From contig CAZQPS010000047.1 of NCBI GenBank assembly GCA_964595285.1, forward strand, positions 27,317 to 91,316: a stretch of 64,000 nucleotides of DNA, read 5' to 3'. This DNA comes from an uncultured Dehalococcoidia bacterium (GTDB lineage: Bacteria; Chloroflexota; Dehalococcoidia; Lucifugimonadales; JADFKI01). Positions 18,234 to 27,113 of this stretch are shown here, in pieces (position 1 is the stretch's first letter; each line of letters starts with the position of its first letter). The notes under the pieces were generated by a model, which did no database searches, was not told the DNA's origin, and was given only the letters and a program-made list of their open reading frames with translations. Position numbers and translations under genes: made by a program.

Positions 18234-19013
18234 CTATCCAAGAAACTGTTTAATCCATTGCAGCCCGGATATCGTATTATTCTTAGGGATATATTCACAT
18301 CCAACCCAGCCTTGGTATCCGAAATCTTCAAGCATTGAAAATAGGAAAGGATAATTAATTTCCCCAGTACCCGGTTCATTTCTACCTGGATTGTCAGCAA
18401 TCTGTAGGTGCTTAATAATATCCAGATTACTTTCTATAGTTTTAGTTAGATCACCCTCCATGATTTGCATATGGTAAATATCATACTGAAGGAACAAATT
18501 GTCCGATCCTACTGACTCTATTATCTCTCTAGCCTGATTAGTGTAATTCAAATGAAATCCCGGCATGTCCCTCACATTTATGGGTTCAATTAGTAGGCGT
18601 ATACCTTCATTTTTCAACTCATCAGCCGCATATCTCAAATTACTAATTAAAGTATCAGAAATATCCTCAGGTGTATGATCAGCAGAGGGTATTCCAGCTA
18701 GACAGTTGAGTTGCTGACAGTTCAGTGCATTGGCATACTCAATGGCCAAATCCACCCCCTCTCTAAACTCTGAGACCCTGTCTGGATAACATGCAATGCC
18801 TCTTTCCCCATGATCCCAATTCCCCGCAGGCAAATTGTGTAATACCTGCACAAGCCCGTGTGTCTTCAATTCGAGTGCGATATCGTTCTTGTCAAAGTCA
18901 TATGGGAAAAGATACTCTACACCCTGAAATCCTATATCTGACGCAGCCTTAAATCTTTTAAGAAAATCGTCCTCGTTAAACAACATAGTCAAGTTAGCAG
19001 CAAAGTTAAGCAT
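18234..19013 (-). CDS. hydroxypyruvate isomerase family (Hyi/OtnI-like) TIM-barrel protein
   Basis: MLNFAANLTMLFNE..FLKRFKAASDIGFQGVEYLFPYDF is the characteristic Hyi N-terminus. The 259-aa length is typical. Confidence 0.85.
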   Translation of the reverse strand: MLNFAANLTMLFNEDDFLKRFKAASDIGFQGVEYLFPYDFDKNDIALELKTHGLVQVLHNLPAGNWDHGERGIACYPDRVSEFREGVDLAIEYANALNCQQLNCLAGIPSADHTPEDISDTLISNLRYAADELKNEGIRLLIEPINVRDMPGFHLNYTNQAREIIESVGSDNLFLQYDIYHMQIMEGDLTKTIESNLDIIKHLQIADNPGRNEPGTGEINYPFLFSMLEDFGYQGWVGCEYIPKNNTISGLQWIKQFLG

Positions 19014-19054
19014 ACCGATTCCCCTTTCATTATTAATTTGTTGACGCTTCGACT

Positions 19055-20146
19055 CTAAGTAAGTGTCGATGGAATAACAGCTCTTTGCTCGGAAGAAGCT
19101 TTGTACACGGATAAGGCAACCCTTAGAGTATGATTAGAAAAATCTATATCCATGTCGGGCTGTTGATCATTAATAATACATTCAATGAAATGAGTAGCAG
19201 CTCCATTAAAGGATTCCATCCATTCCATAGGTACTTGGTAAGAAATGGTTTCTATGCCTTTCATGAGAACTACTGGCGCCATGTCCAGCATTTCACTTGT
19301 GCATCTGGTAACCCAAATGGCTCCCTTAGTGCCCTGAATGGCGAAAAAATCCTCTCCACCATAATACTTTCCACGTATTGTCATTTCCTCTGATCTAGAA
19401 TAGTCATATACTCCCAGACATTCGTTCCTCTTAAACTTCCACATAGCTGCAGCTGGTAGCTCATCTTCTCTGTCATCGGGGTTTGATATTATTCCTTGCA
19501 CCGATTCTATCTCTCCGAGCCATCTGATGGCGGTTGCATATTTATGCCAACCGTCATCGTACATCGCTCCTCCAGCCTGTAAAGTAGCATCTGCTCTCCA
19601 CTTCATAGCATCTTCGCCGATCGGAAAGTCTGATTCAGATAGCTTAGCGCGAACAGTTCTCATGCGTAGCATATTCGGTTCACCTATTGCTCCAGACTCA
19701 AGCAATTCTTTGGCTTTCATAATGGGGGGATAATGAAGAAAATTCTCAGTAATCCTAAACTTCCTATCGGATTTCCTTACCGCAGCAGTAATAACTTCCG
19801 CTTCAGCAATAGTAGACGCCAAAGGTTTCTGACAGGAAACATGCTTGCCAGACTCCAGACCACGAACTATTTGGTCTGCATGCAAATGCGTAGGTGTTAA
19901 AAGTTCAACGGCATCAATTTTCTCATCTTCGAGCACCTGTTCGTATGTGGAGTAAATCCTAGGGGATATACCCCATTCTTTAGCCCTTGACACTGCCCTG
20001 TCAACATCGGGGTCGCACAACGCTACTACCTGACACTTGGTATTTGCAAGATATCCAGGAACATTCAACTGTGATATAGTTCCACACCCAACTATAGCTA
20101 TCTTAACTTTATCCAATTTATTAATCTCCTCACATGTGTCAATCAA
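19055..20146 (-). CDS. Gfo/Idh/MocA family oxidoreductase
   Basis: N-terminal Rossmann motif KIAIVGCGTISQ, then DAVELLTPTHLHA and EKPLA-like CQKPLA, typical of the family. Confidence 0.85.
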   Translation of the reverse strand: MIDTCEEINKLDKVKIAIVGCGTISQLNVPGYLANTKCQVVALCDPDVDRAVSRAKEWGISPRIYSTYEQVLEDEKIDAVELLTPTHLHADQIVRGLESGKHVSCQKPLASTIAEAEVITAAVRKSDRKFRITENFLHYPPIMKAKELLESGAIGEPNMLRMRTVRAKLSESDFPIGEDAMKWRADATLQAGGAMYDDGWHKYATAIRWLGEIESVQGIISNPDDREDELPAAAMWKFKRNECLGVYDYSRSEEMTIRGKYYGGEDFFAIQGTKGAIWVTRCTSEMLDMAPVVLMKGIETISYQVPMEWMESFNGAATHFIECIINDQQPDMDIDFSNHTLRVALSVYKASSEQRAVIPSTLT

Positions 20147-20306
20147 TAATTTTTTACCCAGGCAAACTAACTAGGGAATCTTAATCCAAAAATACTCAAT
20201 CAGAGCGTGTAGCATATCACCAAATTAAGCAGTTAATATTGATTCCTGAGTTCCGAATGCTTTGCAGCCATGAGAGAATACCAAAGAAGATGGAGGGTGA
20301 AAAGTA

Positions 20307-20882
20307 ATGAATCGGTGCTCTTGGGCTTCGAAGAACGCTTTAATGATTGCCTACCACGACACAGAGTGGGGGGTACCGGTACATGACGAATTCAGACTAT
20401 TTGAATACCTTACTTTGGAAGGAGCTCAGGCGGGTCTTAGTTGGATGACTATACTTGCAAAACGAAAAGAATATCGAAAAGCCTTCCTGGCGTTCGATCC
20501 TTATCGTATATCCGAATTTGGCGAAGAGACAATTTCGGAATTATTGAACAACAAAGGCATCGTTAGAAACAAAGCCAAGATATTTAGCGTTGTACAAAAT
20601 GCTCGGATGCTAATTGCTGTCGTGGAAGAATACGGCTCTTTCGACTCCTTCATTTGGAATTTCGTAAAAAATAAACCTGTGACAAATGTCTTTGAAAATA
20701 GTAAGGACATACCTGCCTTCACTTCACAGTCACAGCACATCAGTGAGGAACTCAAACGAAGAGGCTTCAAATTTGTAGGACCAACTATAACCTACTCCTT
20801 CATGCAAGCCGCTGGATTAGTGAACGATCATGTCACATCATGTTTCAGGCACGAAGAAATATCTGAAAACGTATACTACTAA
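20307..20882 (+). CDS. tag: DNA-3-methyladenine glycosylase I
   Basis: RCSWA....YHDTEWGVPVHDE..LFEYLTLEGAQAGLSW is the Tag signature region. A GGAGGG RBS lies upstream. Confidence 0.92.
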   Translation: MNRCSWASKNALMIAYHDTEWGVPVHDEFRLFEYLTLEGAQAGLSWMTILAKRKEYRKAFLAFDPYRISEFGEETISELLNNKGIVRNKAKIFSVVQNARMLIAVVEEYGSFDSFIWNFVKNKPVTNVFENSKDIPAFTSQSQHISEELKRRGFKFVGPTITYSFMQAAGLVNDHVTSCFRHEEISENVYY

Positions 20883-20933
20883 ATTCAAACTGACCATCTA
20901 TATTGTCCCCGAAAGAGACAAATGCCTTTGACG

Positions 20934-20942
20934 TGTTATAAT
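20934..20942 (+). promoter_or_regulatory. extended -10 promoter element for ssrA
   Basis: TGTTATAAT (the TGnTATAAT pattern) ends 11 nt before the mature tmRNA 5' end. No good -35 element is seen. Confidence 0.5.
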
Positions 20943-20953
20943 GGGGCTGTTGT

Positions 20954-21318
20954 GGGGACGCGTGGCTTCGACAGCGGACAGTCTCTACAGGATTGCAGGC
21001 CGAGGCTCACCATCTACCTCGTAAAAAGATGGTGAAAAAATTAACTGGCAACTCTAACGAGTACGCTTTAGCCGCCTAATTTAGGCGACTACATCTGAGT
21101 TGTTCTGTCCTCGAGGGATGGCATCAGGTGATATATTATCGAGGTGCGGCCTGATAGACGCCGATACTGATGGTCTAAGACCCATCGGCTGGCTTTTGCA
21201 TTCGCTCCCCGCCGGAAAGGGTTGCGAAGGCGAGATACAAAATTCCGGCTAAGCCTGTAGTATATCTTGATTAGAGCATCTTCTGGACGGGGAGTTAGAC
21301 CCTCCCCCGTCTCCACCA
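20954..21318 (+). ncRNA. ssrA: transfer-messenger RNA (tmRNA, SsrA)
   Basis: The 5' GGGGACG pairs with the 3' CGTCTCC (G3:U70), followed by ACCA. GGCTTCGAC is present in the 5' tRNA-like part. T-arm is GGGAG TTAGACC CTCCC. The internal tag reading frame at 21047..21079, GGC AAC TCT AAC GAG TAC GCT TTA GCC GCC TAA, encodes GNSNEYALAA. Confidence 0.92.
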
Positions 21319-21377
21319 AATTTGAAGTCAGGTCGCGGACTATGTAGTGTGATTTGGCCAACCAGGGAGTAATTAAT

Positions 21378-22598
21378 ATGGACTCAAATGAATCAGGTGA
21401 GGAACCAGCGTATCAAATCAAAGTCGACAACCTTTACAAAGTATTTGGCAGGAATCCCAGGCGTGCTCTAGCTGCAGAGCACGTTCACAAATCCCGAGAC
21501 GAAATACAATCAGAACTCAACCTCGTAATGGCCCTCAGAAATGTCTCTTTTGAAGTGCGATCTGGAGAAACATTTGTAGTCATGGGACTATCTGGAAGTG
21601 GAAAGTCCACCCTCGTGAGATGCCTTATCCGCCTTATAGAAAAAACCTCGGGTAACATCTTCATTGACAGTGATGACGTTACAGAATTCTCAGCAAATGA
21701 TCTACGAGAATTCAGAAGAAGTAAAATCGCAATGGTGTTTCAACAATATGGATTATTACCCCACAGGAACGTTCTAGACAATGCAGCCTACGGGCTCGAA
21801 GTAAAAGGCATGGAGAAAGAGGAGCGCTACACAATCGCAAGACGCGTACTTGAGTTAGTAGGGCTTACTGGTTGGGAAAATTCTAAGGTTAGGCAATTGA
21901 GTGGTGGTATGCAACAAAGAGTTGGACTGGCAAGGGCATTGGCAGTCGAGGCAGAAATACTGCTCATGGATGAACCTTTTAGCGGACTAGATCCATTAAT
22001 CCGAAGACAAATGCGAAAAGAACTAGCTTCTCTGCAGAAGGAACTAAAGAAAACAATAGTCTTCATAACTCATGATCTTGATGAAGCGATAACCGTTGGA
22101 GATCGTATCGCAATTATGAGAGATGGTGAAATCATTCAACTAGGTACACCAAGAGAAATCATTATGAATCCCGTTGATGATTTCGTCAGAGAATTTACAG
22201 AGGATATTACGCCATCTCGTGTGATTGAGGTGGGGTCGATTGCTAGTCCTCCCCCACTAACTTCGCGTATATCGGAAACTCCCGATCATGTACTTAAAAG
22301 CATGATCAATGCAGGAGTGGACTATTCCATATGTTTAGACGAAGAAGACCGCTTTCTAGGAATGCTAAGAAGAAATGATCTCGATAGATCTCAAGACATT
22401 GGTAACGCAAAGATATCAGACATGTTTAGTATCCCATCTGTACACTTGGTTCAGAGCACCACAGTGGAAGATGCGATACCGATCATTTCTGAAGTTGATA
22501 CGGATATACCTGTCACTAACGATGATAACCGGCTATTGGGCGTCCTCACAAAAAGTGCTGTAATTCAGGCTTTAGGGCGACCCGCACTAGCTCTATAA
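21378..22598 (+). CDS. proV: glycine betaine/proline-type ABC transporter ATP-binding protein with C-terminal CBS pair
   Basis: Walker A GLSGSGKST, ABC signature LSGGMQQRVGLARAL, Walker B ILLMDEPFS, and a C-terminal CBS-like region. The start is at ATG 21378, which has an AGGGAG RBS 8 nt upstream. Confidence 0.9.
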   Translation: MDSNESGEEPAYQIKVDNLYKVFGRNPRRALAAEHVHKSRDEIQSELNLVMALRNVSFEVRSGETFVVMGLSGSGKSTLVRCLIRLIEKTSGNIFIDSDDVTEFSANDLREFRRSKIAMVFQQYGLLPHRNVLDNAAYGLEVKGMEKEERYTIARRVLELVGLTGWENSKVRQLSGGMQQRVGLARALAVEAEILLMDEPFSGLDPLIRRQMRKELASLQKELKKTIVFITHDLDEAITVGDRIAIMRDGEIIQLGTPREIIMNPVDDFVREFTEDITPSRVIEVGSIASPPPLTSRISETPDHVLKSMINAGVDYSICLDEEDRFLGMLRRNDLDRSQDIGNAKISDMFSIPSVHLVQSTTVEDAIPIISEVDTDIPVTNDDNRLLGVLTKSAVIQALGRPALAL

Positions 22599-22658
22599 CG
22601 ACTCAGGATGTTACGTAATTTGCAATAGTTACGTAACAAAGACACAACGAATCACAAA

Positions 22659-23738
22659 ATGTCAAACAACATTGGGAGAGGTACGAGTATGGTCCATACA
22701 AAATCTGAAGTTTCTGATGATGAAGATTCTCCGGGAAGTAGACTGCGAATACCATCAATAATATCTAAAATTTCTAATGATGAAGATTCTCCAGAAAGTA
22801 GACTGCGAATACCATCAATAATAGCTGGAATAGTCGCCGCAAGTATTTTGCTATCCTATTTGGTCCATGGGATAGGTGATGGACTAGAATTCGCCCTAGA
22901 TTTTCCTCTCAACGTTGGACCCGAAATAGAAAGAAGCTTAGACGATGCAATAAAGTGGTTTGTAGTGACCTTTGGCTGGTTTTTCGATGCAGTCAGCCAT
23001 TACGTAAAATTGGTCCTAGGTAAATTGAGAGACTTTCTAATTTGGATCCCTTGGCCCATTGTAATGGGATTAGTTTTCATTACAGCCTGGAGGGTAGCCA
23101 CAATTCGAATTGCCATTATGTCATTAATTGGCATGGTAATACTGGCATCAGTAAACCTTTGGGAACCCACAATGGTTACAGTAGCAATAATGATGGTTTC
23201 TGTGTTCATTTCCATTGTAATAGGTATTCCCGTGGGTATATCAGCTGCTAGAAACGAAAAGGTCAATACGGCTATACGTCCTGTATTAGACGCAATGCAA
23301 ACTATGCCAAGTTTCGTCTATTTGGTACCTGGCATCATGCTCTTTGGACTTGGGAATGTGGCCGCTATCCTAGCGATAGTACTGTACTCCGTCCCGCCTT
23401 GTATTAGGCTCACGAATCTGGGGATCAGGCAAGTTGATCCCTCAGTGGTAGAAGCAGGAAAATCTTTTGGCTCCAGCCAAATGCAACTTTTATTTAAGAT
23501 TCAAATACCAATGGCTATCCCTACCATCATGGCCGGAGTAAATCAGACAGTTATGATGGCACTTGCTATGGCTACCATAGCCGCAATGGTTGGTGCCGGA
23601 GGCCTTGGCATTGAAGTTCTAAGAGCGATGGGGCAGTTAAACGAGGGAGAGGCGATCATTGCAGGATTTGGAATAGTCATATTGGCAATAATAATTGATC
23701 GAATATCTCAAGGATATATTGGAACTTCAAACAACTAG
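22659..23738 (+). CDS. proW: glycine betaine/proline-type ABC transporter permease
   Basis: Polytopic protein with an EAA-type loop region (VEAGKSFGSSQMQLLFKIQIPMAIPTIMAG), typical of ProW/OpuAB. The N-terminal cytoplasmic extension contains an in-frame 60-bp duplication. Confidence 0.88.
   Translation: MSNNIGRGTSMVHTKSEVSDDEDSPGSRLRIPSIISKISNDEDSPESRLRIPSIIAGIVAASILLSYLVHGIGDGLEFALDFPLNVGPEIERSLDDAIKWFVVTFGWFFDAVSHYVKLVLGKLRDFLIWIPWPIVMGLVFITAWRVATIRIAIMSLIGMVILASVNLWEPTMVTVAIMMVSVFISIVIGIPVGISAARNEKVNTAIRPVLDAMQTMPSFVYLVPGIMLFGLGNVAAILAIVLYSVPPCIRLTNLGIRQVDPSVVEAGKSFGSSQMQLLFKIQIPMAIPTIMAGVNQTVMMALAMATIAAMVGAGGLGIEVLRAMGQLNEGEAIIAGFGIVILAIIIDRISQGYIGTSNN
22713..22832 (+). repeat. in-frame 60-bp tandem duplication inside proW
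   Basis: 22713..22772 and 22773..22832 encode SDDEDSPGSRLRIPSIISKI and SNDEDSPESRLRIPSIIAGI. The first ~50 nt differ at 3 positions by manual alignment. Confidence 0.9.
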
Positions 23739-23796
23739 ATGGAGATCCTGAATACGTCCTAGTCACCAAACAGCTATGGACTGTCATTAATATAAA

Positions 23797-23829
23797 GAGG
23801 TCGCAGCCTGTTGTATCGGCTGCGACCTC
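23797..23829. terminator. bidirectional rho-independent-type terminator hairpin between proW and proX
   Basis: Perfect 12-bp stem GAGGTCGCAGCC / GGCTGCGACCTC with a 9-nt loop. It is flanked by AAA on the 5' side and TTT on the 3' side, and sits between convergent genes. Confidence 0.75.
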
Positions 23830-23872
23830 TTTCAAATTTAGGTGTCGCGTTTCACTTTTTTCCTGAAGACGA

Positions 23873-25093
23873 TTAATCTTCGGAAGCTAGAGCAGATTCA
23901 ACGCTCGCAAGAGCGTCAGCAGGTAACCAGCTTTTCCAAGCGTCATTATTCTTTAGATACCAGACACCCGTAGCGCTGTATGCCTCTTCAGAACTATCAT
24001 AGTTGTCTTTGTTGTCTGAATACCAGGCTTCTGCAACTAACTGCTGACCCGCGGACCAGTCCCAATTCCTGAAAAACGGGATCAGATGCGGCGCATCTTG
24101 CACTAGTTCCATATTCATTGCAATCATAATCTCCGCCGGAGGGAAGGCGCATCCTAAAACAGGATCCTCTCCCGCACAGTTAGACGGAGCTGGCTGTTCG
24201 AGATCTATGACGCCAGTAGGATACTCCAAATCATGCATTAATTTCGTAGGTCCCCAGAAATAAAACAGTATAGCCTTTTCCTTAGCGAAGGCGCCTTCTA
24301 CAGCAGCAGCTAATGCGCCATATGTACCAGGATCACGTAATTCAACATGATCACTTAGACCCATCGCAGCTATCTGGCCAGGTCCAGCCTCTGTTCCTTC
24401 TTGAACCCCTCTACATGCCCATGAAGCTATACACCCATACAATACAGCTTTCCCTCCACTATCAGCTTCTGCGAAAAGAGCCTTGTACTGATCATCTTTT
24501 AGATCCTCTATAGAATCCAATTCTGGGTATTGCTCCTGCACATATCCAGGAATCAGGAATGTGCTTTGCCAGTTGTCTTCAAGGCTTTTACCCACTGGGA
24601 TAACTTCCCCAGCTTTAACGGCCTCATTCCAAACTACATTCTGGTTAGGGAGCCAAATTTCCATCGCCAGATCAACGTCACCTTTCCTAAGACCTTGGAA
24701 TAGAGGTACCGTTTGACCCTCAATTTGGGAGGTTGGATGACCAAACCCGTGTTCTACTATGTAACGGGCGACCCCATTTTGCACTAGTGCACTATCCCAA
24801 CCTAGCCCACTAAAAACAATTTCTCTTCTTGGCGTTGGAGTTGGAGCAACTTCAACTTCTCTAACTACTTCAACTTCAACTTCAACTTCTTTGATTTCTA
24901 CAACCGTGTCACCCTTGACTTCTTTAACTACTTCAACTTCCTTGACTACTTCAACCTCCTTGACTACTTCAACCTCTTTGATCACTTCAACTGTTTCGGG
25001 TTCTGCACTACATGCTAGAGGTACAACCATTAACAGCATCAGAGCCAAAGCGGAGAAGAACAGCAAGGTTCGTTTACCTAGTGGCAAATCCAT
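23873..25093 (-). CDS. proX: glycine betaine-type ABC transporter substrate-binding lipoprotein
   Basis: Start at ATG 25093 (GGAGGAAAGGAAT ATG), giving MDLPLGKRTLLFFSALALMLLMVVPLAC (lipobox). A repetitive EVEVVKEV linker follows, then a ProX/OpuAC-like domain (GWDSA..., WLPN, YGC..SWAC). Confidence 0.8.
   Translation of the reverse strand: MDLPLGKRTLLFFSALALMLLMVVPLACSAEPETVEVIKEVEVVKEVEVVKEVEVVKEVKGDTVVEIKEVEVEVEVVREVEVAPTPTPRREIVFSGLGWDSALVQNGVARYIVEHGFGHPTSQIEGQTVPLFQGLRKGDVDLAMEIWLPNQNVVWNEAVKAGEVIPVGKSLEDNWQSTFLIPGYVQEQYPELDSIEDLKDDQYKALFAEADSGGKAVLYGCIASWACRGVQEGTEAGPGQIAAMGLSDHVELRDPGTYGALAAAVEGAFAKEKAILFYFWGPTKLMHDLEYPTGVIDLEQPAPSNCAGEDPVLGCAFPPAEIMIAMNMELVQDAPHLIPFFRNWDWSAGQQLVAEAWYSDNKDNYDSSEEAYSATGVWYLKNNDAWKSWLPADALASVESALASED
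24921..24992 (-). repeat. 18-bp tandem repeats (4 copies) encoding the (EVEVVK)n linker of proX
   Basis: Copies at 24921, 24939, 24957 and 24975. The middle two (TCCTTGACTACTTCAACC) are identical. A related degenerate block extends back to about 24845. Confidence 0.9.
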
Positions 25094-25645
25094 ATTCCTT
25101 TCCTCCATTCTTATTTTGACTTCAATAATTACGACACCAGGGTCATGTTCTAGGAACGCCAGACCTAAAAGAACCACCAATCCAACAAAGTATTATCGGT
25201 TAAATTAAAGGGGATTAGCAGAGTACTTAAATCAGTAAATTTAGCGCACCACATCGCAACACCGCACATATAGTCTCCCATGACCCTTACCCTTCTGTCA
25301 AATCACACAGCCTTGGAGGGTGTTCATAGGCATGCCTAAAATCTGCTGAGTCAAACGGCTAGTGTCATGGGAGAAAGATTCAAGACGCATGACCTACCGT
25401 ATCTCAAACTTATGCCATATCTTTAATTGGAATTCATATACGGGGAAACATTGTGATGGCCCTTTAAATATTCACTTTCAGAGGATCGAAACACGATTGT
25501 TAGACATAGACTTAAATATTCAATTTGGCTATAATGCGAAACAATGGTTGCAAGCGTGTCTTGAGCCTGTCGACCATATGCAGTTGGCGAGAAAAATCGC
25601 ACTTCACCTCTTCTGCGGTTTAGTGCAAACCAAGGAGAATTGGTT

Positions 25646-27052
25646 ATGAAATCTGAGAGAGCTCTTGTAGCTCATCTTATGCGGCGAGCAGCGTTTGGAG
25701 CCACCCCAACTGAGCTTGATTATTTGACCGAACACAAAACGTACGAGGATATCGTAGAAGACCTAATCAACCCTGAAAAATTTGAAGAACTAGACCGGAG
25801 TTACTTAGATCGTTACTACGGAGGTGAACAGGTATCCGCTCAGGTTGCAAAATGGCTCTTCCGTATGATTAACACACCAAGGCCTCTGGAGGAAAAGATG
25901 TCCCTCTTCCTCCATCATATTTTTCCTGTGGCGTGGGGTAAGAGTGAACACACACACTCTATCGTGGTGGAAATTGAAATGTTCAGGAAGATTGGCCTCA
26001 GCAGCTTTAAAAATATCCTCTTTGAGTTATCGAAAGATCCAGCCATGATCTTTTGGCTAGACAACAACGAAAACCACAAAGATGAGATAAACGAGAATTA
26101 TGGAAGAGAGCTTCTAGAATTATTTTCCATGGGAGTCGGCAATTACACTGAAAATGACATTAAAAACGCCTCTCGTGCTTTTACAGGCTGGACATTCAGG
26201 CAACCTCTGTCTTTATATCCTTTCGGCCATTATCCTGCAGTTTTTGAATACTTGCCAGAAGATCATGACAATAACGAGAAAGAGTTCCTTGGACATAAGG
26301 GCAATTTCAACGGAGAAGACATCATAAACATCATTGTGCGACAGCCCGCAACAGCAAAATTTGTAAGCCGACACCTTTATAATTTTTTTGTTGAGGATGA
26401 AACACAAGTGCCATCATGGGCTACAGAAGCTCCAAAGAACGAAGATGCAATAAATGAACTTGCAGGAGTCTTCATGGAGAGCTCTGGCGACATGAAATCA
26501 GTTCTTAGAGTTCTTTTCAATTCAGATTTTTTTAAAGAATCTATGAAACTACCAAAAGTAAAAAGCCCTACGGAACTTGTGGCAGGAGTTCTTAAACAAA
26601 CGGGGGAATTTAATAAGCCTAAGCCGGGAATTCACGTATTCGCAAATACCACATTAAACGGGTCCGCAACTGATGGTACCATGTCAATCATGGGGCAAAT
26701 GCTGATGAATCCTCCTACAGTGGAGGGGTGGCATACCGGTCACGAATGGATCAACTCTGGGACTCTAAGTGAGCGGATAAGTTTTGTTGAGGATCAATTT
26801 TCTGACGAATCCAAGCCGGGTATTAGGGAAATTATTAGCAGGATTGGAAGTCTGGAAAACGATCCTGCAGCCATAATTGATCAGTGCCTGGATCTGATGG
26901 GCGGTATTAATGTAAGTGAATCAACATATGAAGCGCTTGTCGCTTATACACAAGAACTCCAAGGATTCACAGGCAAAGAGATTTCTGAAGGGACAGGTAT
27001 ACACAATGTTTTGCAGATGGTAGCCTCAACTGTAGACTACCAATTTGCGTAG
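25646..27052 (+). CDS. DUF1800 domain-containing protein
   Basis: LMRRAAFGAT near the N-terminus and NENYGRELLELFSMGVGNYTENDIKNASRAFTGWTF match the DUF1800 core as I recall it. The start is at ATG 25646 after an AAGGAG RBS. Confidence 0.8.
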   Translation: MKSERALVAHLMRRAAFGATPTELDYLTEHKTYEDIVEDLINPEKFEELDRSYLDRYYGGEQVSAQVAKWLFRMINTPRPLEEKMSLFLHHIFPVAWGKSEHTHSIVVEIEMFRKIGLSSFKNILFELSKDPAMIFWLDNNENHKDEINENYGRELLELFSMGVGNYTENDIKNASRAFTGWTFRQPLSLYPFGHYPAVFEYLPEDHDNNEKEFLGHKGNFNGEDIINIIVRQPATAKFVSRHLYNFFVEDETQVPSWATEAPKNEDAINELAGVFMESSGDMKSVLRVLFNSDFFKESMKLPKVKSPTELVAGVLKQTGEFNKPKPGIHVFANTTLNGSATDGTMSIMGQMLMNPPTVEGWHTGHEWINSGTLSERISFVEDQFSDESKPGIREIISRIGSLENDPAAIIDQCLDLMGGINVSESTYEALVAYTQELQGFTGKEISEGTGIHNVLQMVASTVDYQFA

Positions 27053-27113
27053 GATAATTTCACACGACTAACGGGCGGATAGACAAATAGAATAGTAAAG
27101 GGAATAACTTGTT

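Noticed and set aside
18164-18400. A 78-aa minus-strand ORF.
   Set aside because: It overlaps the 3' end of the Hyi-like gene in another frame. It has no independent support.
21089-21361. A 90-aa minus-strand ORF.
   Set aside because: It lies almost entirely within, and antisense to, the tmRNA gene. It has no RBS and no recognisable protein features.
25362-25649. A 95-aa ORF upstream of the DUF1800 gene.
   Set aside because: It has no RBS, is in a different frame from the DUF1800 gene, and has odd composition with no motif. I treated it as non-coding spacer.
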